DNA of 64,000 nt from Chrysomallon squamiferum. Its lineage: Eukaryota; Animalia; Mollusca. The notes under the pieces were generated by a model. The model saw only the letters and a list, made by a program, of their open reading frames with translations, had not been told where the DNA came from and did not search any database. The DNA lies in contig CM022678.1 of assembly GCA_012295275.1 (NCBI GenBank), forward strand, positions 4,898,001 through 4,962,000, given 5' to 3'. The translations under genes were made by a program, and so were the position numbers. The first letter of the stretch is position 1, and each line of letters opens with the position of its first letter. Of the stretch, positions 57,250 to 64,000 are shown one piece after another.

Positions 57250-58547
57250 ATAAATAAATAAATAAATAAAACCATAATAATGATGATAACTTGAAAATTT
57301 AAAGGAAAAATTCAAAAGCGAAGCAATGGAAAAGAATGTGCAAAGCAAATGTGACGAAAAAAGTTAAAAAAAAAAAATCGATGAAGTATAAAGCTAGTTC
57401 TGGAGGACGTGCTCTGATTAGCACGTTAAATTTATTTTCCATTTTCCATTTTTCCACGTGCACTCCAGGTGGCTACAAGCACTAGCACGAACATGCTGAA
57501 CGCGTGTGTTTAGTAGCTTCACTAAACACTGGCTTGGGTGCGTCTATAAACATTTTTTTAGGTATTTTTATTTTATTTTATTTTTATTTTTTTATAATGT
57601 CTTTTTTTGAAGATGAACTAAACGTTGTAAATGATACGGATGGCAGAAAACGAGGTTGAGTATTGATTTGATGACAGATTTGTTTTTCGTACGTGTGTGG
57701 TGAATGAAACAGGTGCTGCGGTCATTGTTTTGGTGTTTTGTGTGATAAAATCCGTTAGAAATTAATTTTATCAGTATGTACAGTTTGTATTTCTTCTAAA
57801 TGGCTGTACTATATGTCGAACATAAGATATCAATCAAAATAATTTATTTCATGCTGTCAATTTGTTTTCAAAACTGTAAACGTGGCCTTTTTTTAACACG
57901 GTTTCGCCACCAGGCCTATAACAGATGTTAATTTAATTTGTTTCACGACAGTATATTCCAATAAATTTAATTTCCAATCGGTTATAGTTTTATGGAAAAA
58001 CACCAGACACCTGGCTCATGGATAAACTATATTTTACGAACTGAATTTAACTTACACGTTATTTTTTTTTTTTGTATCATAAAAATCCCTCAGGCTGAAT
58101 AGCAGTGACGATGTGTGGGCGTATCCAGTCTGTGCTGCATATCTGAAGCTTATTTTCGATTGGTTCAAAACACGGCTTGTTGGGCGTGAGATTTGTTTGA
58201 AGCTGTCTACAGTCCCCGATCCAAAATGATTTCTGAAATTACCAATATCTGTATTTTAAGAATATAATTTTTTTTATGTTTCTAGATTTTTGTAGATTAA
58301 AATTAGAAAGAAAAAGAAGAAGAAGAAACTAGGTCAGTGAATTCTTTTAAACGTGACTGGTATAATTTTACCTGATTTTAAGGTAAAGTTATCTAAAAGA
58401 CGTCTTTCGCGTTTTCGGACAGAGGTACAATTTCGCCACTTAAATATATGACGAACGATAAATATATACGATGGAATTAATTCCTTTAGAATGTGCTGTA
58501 TTTCTTCGACCCATGGTTTTGCTTTCCGATGAAGAGTCAACGGCAGT

Positions 58548-58646
<99 letters not shown>

Positions 58647-58845
58647 CACACACACACACACACACAAAAATTAAGTTAAAAATAAAAGACATCTGAAATT
58701 GAAACAAATGTGTTACTAGCATTGGTTTATATATTCAACGTAAATATTTGCTAAAATGAAACAGAGAGGGTACTATTTTTTTCATCCCTGCCACTCAAAA
58801 TAAATAAATATATATATAAAAACTGTGTTTAAGTAGAATTCTAAA

Positions 58846-58904
<59 letters not shown>

Positions 58905-59002
58905 CAATAACAATAATAATAAATAAAAAAAATATCGCTAATACTTTTAATGAATTAGACAAATATGTACTACTACTACTACTAGTACTACTATTACAAC
59001 AA

Positions 59003-59035
<33 letters not shown>

Positions 59036-59643
59036 GCTACTACCTGTCTATAGCAATGGTTTCATGTTATCAAATTACACGGTAAAATGACGTTTTATTT
59101 AAATAATATAACAGATGGATACAAATGACACGAGAGTCGCATTTTAAACTTGACTAGTATTTTTAGTTGATATTACGGTAAAGTTATCTGAAAGTAGTGT
59201 GACAGAGGTGCAGTTGCATTGCTTACCATAAGTGTTATGTTCCGTAGATATACTTCTAAGAACACCTAAATGTGTAACAAGAACCAAGTTTAAACCATAC
59301 GATGTAACATGAATAATAGAGTTAATTCCCTTGAAATATGCTTCATTTCTTCGACCCATGGTTTTACTTTCCAGTGAAGAGTCAACAGGAGTTATTTCCC
59401 TTGTCTCACACACTCACACCCACCCACACACTCACGCGCGCGCACACACACACACACTAACTCAAAAGACAAAAGAGACACACGCGCTCATACATATACA
59501 AATGAAAAAATTAAAAATAATTGAAATAAAAATAAATGTGCTACTAACATCCGTTTAAAAATTAAGCGTAAGTATTTGCAAAATACAGGAATGTTTGTAC
59601 GAAATAGATCGCGTGTTTTTATATTCAACTCTGCAACTCAAAA

Positions 59644-59682
<39 letters not shown>

Positions 59683-60275
59683 AGAAGATAAAAAGAAATA
59701 AATATGAAATTTATATAAATTAAATTATAATAATAACTAAAACAAATACCTTAACAAAAGGATTATTTCTCAAAATTACTTTTTTCTATTTTTTGATTAT
59801 GGTTATTTAATTTTGTTCGCCATTAAATTTCATTCACCATTTAACATCACTATAGCTCAACTATTGCTACTAGTATTACTATAACCACAACTACTACAAC
59901 TGCTACTACTATAATTATTACTGTTCCTAATACTTTTGGAACAAAACTATTACTTTTATATCTCTTGCCTAAGGAATTTCTGTTAAAAGTTGTGATCATC
60001 TATCTTCAAAAGACAATTAAATAATGCCTTTGTTTTTTACTCGTTTTGTCAATTGTTAAAATTTAACATAAACGAGGATTAACTGTCAAAATTAGATCAT
60101 GTTAAAATGTTAGACGTCTGTTTACTTCAGTATTGAAACGAATCAAACAGAATGAAAACTGGACTGAAAATGAGGAAGTAACTGAAATGATATCCTTGAA
60201 TGCTAATAACATTATGATAATAATGCCAATACTACTACTACTACTACTACTACAACAACAACAACAACAACAACA

Positions 60276-60309
<34 letters not shown>

Positions 60310-61645
60310 ATAATAATAATAAAATAATAGTAGTAATAATAATGATAACTACAATAATAAATAATTAAATTAAAAAGAATTGGTTTCTACGCACAAAAAT
60401 ATGTTGTTCTTTTTTTGTTGTTTTTTCTTTATTTTTTTTTTCTTTTAACAAAAAAAAGTTTAATAAAACATTGTCCACTACAATATGAAGAAAGTTTCTT
60501 CTCATTTGGTCATATATATTGATAGCATCAGTCAATATTAAATAGTTTAAAACCAAAGTTTTTGCATAGATTACAAAAATACAATCAGTAAAATTTTTAT
60601 TTGACTTAAGGTGTACCTTTGGTGAAAAGAAATAAAATATAGTTGGAATATATTCTGTATACTTCAAGTTATATTTTATTTTATTATATTATTATTATTA
60701 TTATTATTATTATTTATTGTTAATGCTTTACTACGTGTAGCGGACTGTCTGGGGAAAACTTCAACAGGACGGGTGACAAGTAATGGTCCTGTGAACCGCT
60801 ACGCCATAGCGATGTTGTTTCGATGAGTGAAACGAAATTTTGGTACTGAAAAAACAAACAGCAAATGTTTAGTGTTATTGGACTAAGCACAAAAAAAGTT
60901 AAAAATCTCATCAAATTGTCTCTGAGCGGTGTCTTTCCAAGTGTTTCCATTATCCTGACGTCTCTGGTATGTTAAATCAATAAATTTCAGAAACATTTTT
61001 TTTTTTTTTTTACAGTATACACGTGTCCATCCTTTCGATTCAGCGATGATAAATATTCTAATATTCTAGTTTATTATTATCAGTAATACTTGTTCCGTAT
61101 TGACATTGTCCGTAACGTAATTAAGATATGGAAGGTATGGTGCGTGCTCTGGACTCATTTTAAAACAGAGAAAAAACAAAACAAAAACAATAGAACCCCG
61201 AAAAAGAATAACAAATGAACCCCACGTAAAAAAACAACAAAAAAAACAAAAAAAACAACAACAAAAACACGTAGAAAACAAACAGTTACATGTACGAATA
61301 GACGTCACTAAAGATGAACATCGTATTTATTGTAATATTTTATTTTATTTTGGCTAAAAGATGGAAAAATATTGGGAGGATCAGACATGAGTAGTACTTT
61401 CGTCGGCGAGCCTGAACTTGAGTGTTTAATTAAAACGACGTATAATGCTGATAATTACCTGTACGAACTGACGTCACTAATAATATTTATTTTAATATTT
61501 TACTTTATTTTGGCAAGACTTAAGAAAACCATTTGAGGACCAGAAGTGATTTTGTCTCGGACCTGTCACGTGAATTTCGGGTTGGTAGCCAAATATAACT
61601 CACGTTCAAACGTGAACAGAATCGGTCACAAATATAAATATAGAA

Positions 61646-61694
<49 letters not shown>

Positions 61695-61699
61695 TATTT

Positions 61700-64000
61700 C
61701 TATATTTCTGTATATATATATATATATATATGTATATGTATATGTATATGTATGTATGTATGTATTATTAAAGGACTTAGAAAAACCAAAACCATTAACA
61801 TGTGAAAATGTAATTCTTCGAGTGCCTTTGTGAAATCGTCCAAAAGTTTTATGGCGTATTTAACAGAAAAGTGACCGTCGTTTCTGCTTACTCCTATACC
61901 TCTCTGAGAGACGTCGACATCACCTTGTGTAGTGACGATCATGTATTTCCAGAAGGCATCTTTCTTTATTTTGAATTCCTTTGATCCCAGTTCTTCAGTA
62001 CTGACACTCTGAAGTAACTCGGCAGAAACCTCTCCAGAAGGACCTAACTCCAGGTTATTTGCCTTAAAGATCGTCCACTCCTGTGTTGAACAATCATCTG
62101 GTTTGCCGTTTCCTTCATCTGGTTTGCCGTGTTCTTCATCTGGTTTGCCGTTCTCTCCACATGGTCTGCACTGTCCTGAATATGGTTTGCCGTTTCCTTC
62201 ATCTGGTTTTCCATTTCCTTCGTCTGGTTTTCCATTTCCTTCGTCTGGTTTGCCATTTCCTTCGTCTGGTTTGCCACTTCCTTCGCCTGGTTTGCCGTTC
62301 CCTTCATCTGGTTTTCCATTTCCTTCATCTGGTTTGCCGTTTCCTTCATCTGGTTTTCCATTTCCTTCATCTGGTTTGCCGCTGCCTTCATCTGGTTTTC
62401 CATTTCTTTCATCTGGTTTGCCGTTTCCTTCATTTCGTTTGCCGTTTCTTTCATCTGGTTTTCCATTTCCTTCATCTGGTTTTCCATTTCCTTCATCTGG
62501 ATTTCCATTTCCTTCGTCTGGTTTGCCGTTTCCTTCGTCTGGTTTTCCATTTCCTTCATCTGGTTTTCCATTTCCTTCATCTGGTTTTCCGTTTCCTTCA
62601 TCTGGTTTTCCATTTCCTTCGTCTGGTGTTCCGTTTCCTTCGTGTGGTTTGCCGTTTCCTTCGTCTGGTTTTCCATTTCCTTCATCTGGTTTGCCGTTTC
62701 CTTCATCTGGTTTTCCATTTCCTTCATCTGGATTTCCATTTCCTTCGTCTGGTTTGCCGTTTCCTTCGTCTGGTTTTCCATTTCCTTCATCTGGTTTTCC
62801 ATTTCCTTCATCTGGTTTGCCGTTTCTTTCATCTGGTTTTCCATTTCCTTCATCTGGATTTCCATTTCCTTCGTCTGGTTTGCCGTTTCCTTCGTCTGGT
62901 TTTCCATTTCCTTCATCTGGTTTTCCATTTCCTTCATCAGGTTTTCCATTTCCTTCATCTGGCTTTCCATTTCCTTCATCTGGTTTTCCATTTCCTTCAT
63001 CAGGTTTTCCATTTCCTTCATCTGGTTTTCCGTTTGCTGCACATGGTTTGCCGTGCTTGTCCCACAGACATCCACCATCTCCTTCCTTTTCCCAGCAGAC
63101 AACCTGTCGTTTCTTCCGGCTGTTTGAAGCTGCTTTGCTGTCAACAATCTGAAGAGCCACACGTACCTCAGCACCATTTTGGACAGCGGTTCTCAAGTCT
63201 GCTTTCGATCCAAATACTACATCGCCGTTCTTGTTTGTTGTTAAAACATTTTTCCATGGTTTTGTATCAACAAACCATTTGATTGTTTTCTTTTCCGTTT
63301 CTTCACCAACAGAAGTACCGTTAAATAACCTGTGTTTAAGTGTCGCCACTGTTCCCGTCGTATGCGCCATCTGCCAGTTCCAAAATCCTCTGTCTTTGCC
63401 ATCGACTTTTTCAGCATAGAGACGATTCAGAAGTTGAGCAGATATCTGTCCCGATTTTGTCCTCACGTTATCCGCCTCAATCGAGAAGTTTCCCATAACA
63501 ACCTTCACCCTGTGTCCATGGTTAGCAGCACAAATTAGGTTAGAAAGAGACCCATCTGCTTTATCACCATTTTCATCATTGGTAAACACGTGTTCCCAAC
63601 AGGAGTCGGCGTACCATCTGCCATTCAGATTCATTTTGAATTCTGAAATATACGTCTCACCGGGAAAGAAAGCGTACTTGTCAGCCTTTGCGCTTGTGTA
63701 GATGTTCATGAAGTTCCAGGCTGGATTTTGACTCATCATTACGTCCCAGACAAATTGTCCAACAACGATCCCATCTTCGTTAACTTTTATATTTCGAAAT
63801 GGTTCCGTGAACATATTGATCCAGGTTTCTGTGACGTCGTGTCCAGATGCGACTGATGTGATTACGTTATCTACTGAACCATTAGTTATTGTCCCGTTGT
63901 TAGAGTGTTCAAGAAGCAGGGAAATGCACGATGAATTCTTAACAAACCACTGGATTGCTGCTTTATACGTGGTGTGTTTTATTTCCTGGAAGGTGTTCAC
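61700..64000 (-). CDS. Uncharacterised secreted four-repeat protein, paralog C (5' part outside window) with GNGKPDE repeat insert and read-through C-terminus
   Basis: Open frame colinear with paralogs A and B from the end of repeat 1 (AAIQWFVK) to [10 protein letters not shown]. The repeat insert is at the same loop position, followed by a 48-aa novel tail. Confidence 0.85.
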   Translation of the reverse strand: MNTFQEIKHTTYKAAIQWFVKNSSCISLLLEHSNNGTITNGSVDNVITSVASGHDVTETWINMFTEPFRNIKVNEDGIVVGQFVWDVMMSQNPAWNFMNIYTSAKADKYAFFPGETYISEFKMNLNGRWYADSCWEHVFTNDENGDKADGSLSNLICAANHGHRVKVVMGNFSIEADNVRTKSGQISAQLLNRLYAEKVDGKDRGFWNWQMAHTTGTVATLKHRLFNGTSVGEETEKKTIKWFVDTKPWKNVLTTNKNGDVVFGSKADLRTAVQNGAEVRVALQIVDSKAASNSRKKRQVVCWEKEGDGGCLWDKHGKPCAANGKPDEGNGKPDEGNGKPDEGNGKPDEGNGKPDEGNGKPDEGNGKPDEGNGKPDEGNGNPDEGNGKPDERNGKPDEGNGKPDEGNGKPDEGNGKPDEGNGNPDEGNGKPDEGNGKPDEGNGKPDEGNGKPHEGNGTPDEGNGKPDEGNGKPDEGNGKPDEGNGKPDEGNGKPDEGNGNPDEGNGKPDEGNGKPDERNGKRNEGNGKPDERNGKPDEGSGKPDEGNGKPDEGNGKPDEGNGKPDEGNGKPGEGSGKPDEGNGKPDEGNGKPDEGNGKPDEGNGKPYSGQCRPCGENGKPDEEHGKPDEGNGKPDDCSTQEWTIFKANNLELGPSGEVSAELLQSVSTEELGSKEFKIKKDAFWKYMIVTTQGDVDVSQRGIGVSRNDGHFSVKYAIKLLDDFTKALEELHFHMLMVLVFLSPLIIHTYIHIHIHIHIYIYIYTEI
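62097..63035 (-). repeat. Coding 21-bp minisatellite encoding (GNGKPDE)n
   Basis: Unit about tctggttttccatttccttca on +. About 40 contiguous units, then 3-4 more after a [10 protein letters not shown] spacer. Frame is preserved throughout. Confidence 0.97.

Noticed and set aside
62044-63282. Long alternative-frame ORFs (377, 399, 349 and 161 aa) over the minisatellite
   Set aside because: By-products of a stop-free 21-bp unit. Only the frame continuous with the paralogous protein is supported.

Overview
AT-rich, microsatellite-dense animal genomic DNA with spliceosomal introns. It is most likely a mollusc, probably a gastropod, but that is an inference from gene and repeat style. The left half holds three recognisable multi-exon genes: the 5' part of a mitochondrial glutaminase (- strand, running off the left edge), a divergently transcribed type-B carboxylesterase with an intact Ser-Glu-His triad and a C-terminal TM anchor (+ strand, with a 1-nt frameshift in exon 5), and Elongin A (+ strand). 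The right half (about 34.6-64 kb) is a tandemly duplicated array of an uncharacterised secreted-protein family: two complete genes, a third running off the right edge, and two decayed fragments, one inverted. Each protein has a signal peptide, a CxxC and four ~120-aa internal repeats. Repeat 4 carries an inserted, hypervariable loop behind a basic convertase-type site. The loop is a short Trp/Gly/His peptide in two copies and about 40 GNGKPDE heptads in the third, which has also lost exactly its WFVNY-stop codons. This array is the most novel-looking system here. All calls were made by eye without database searches.
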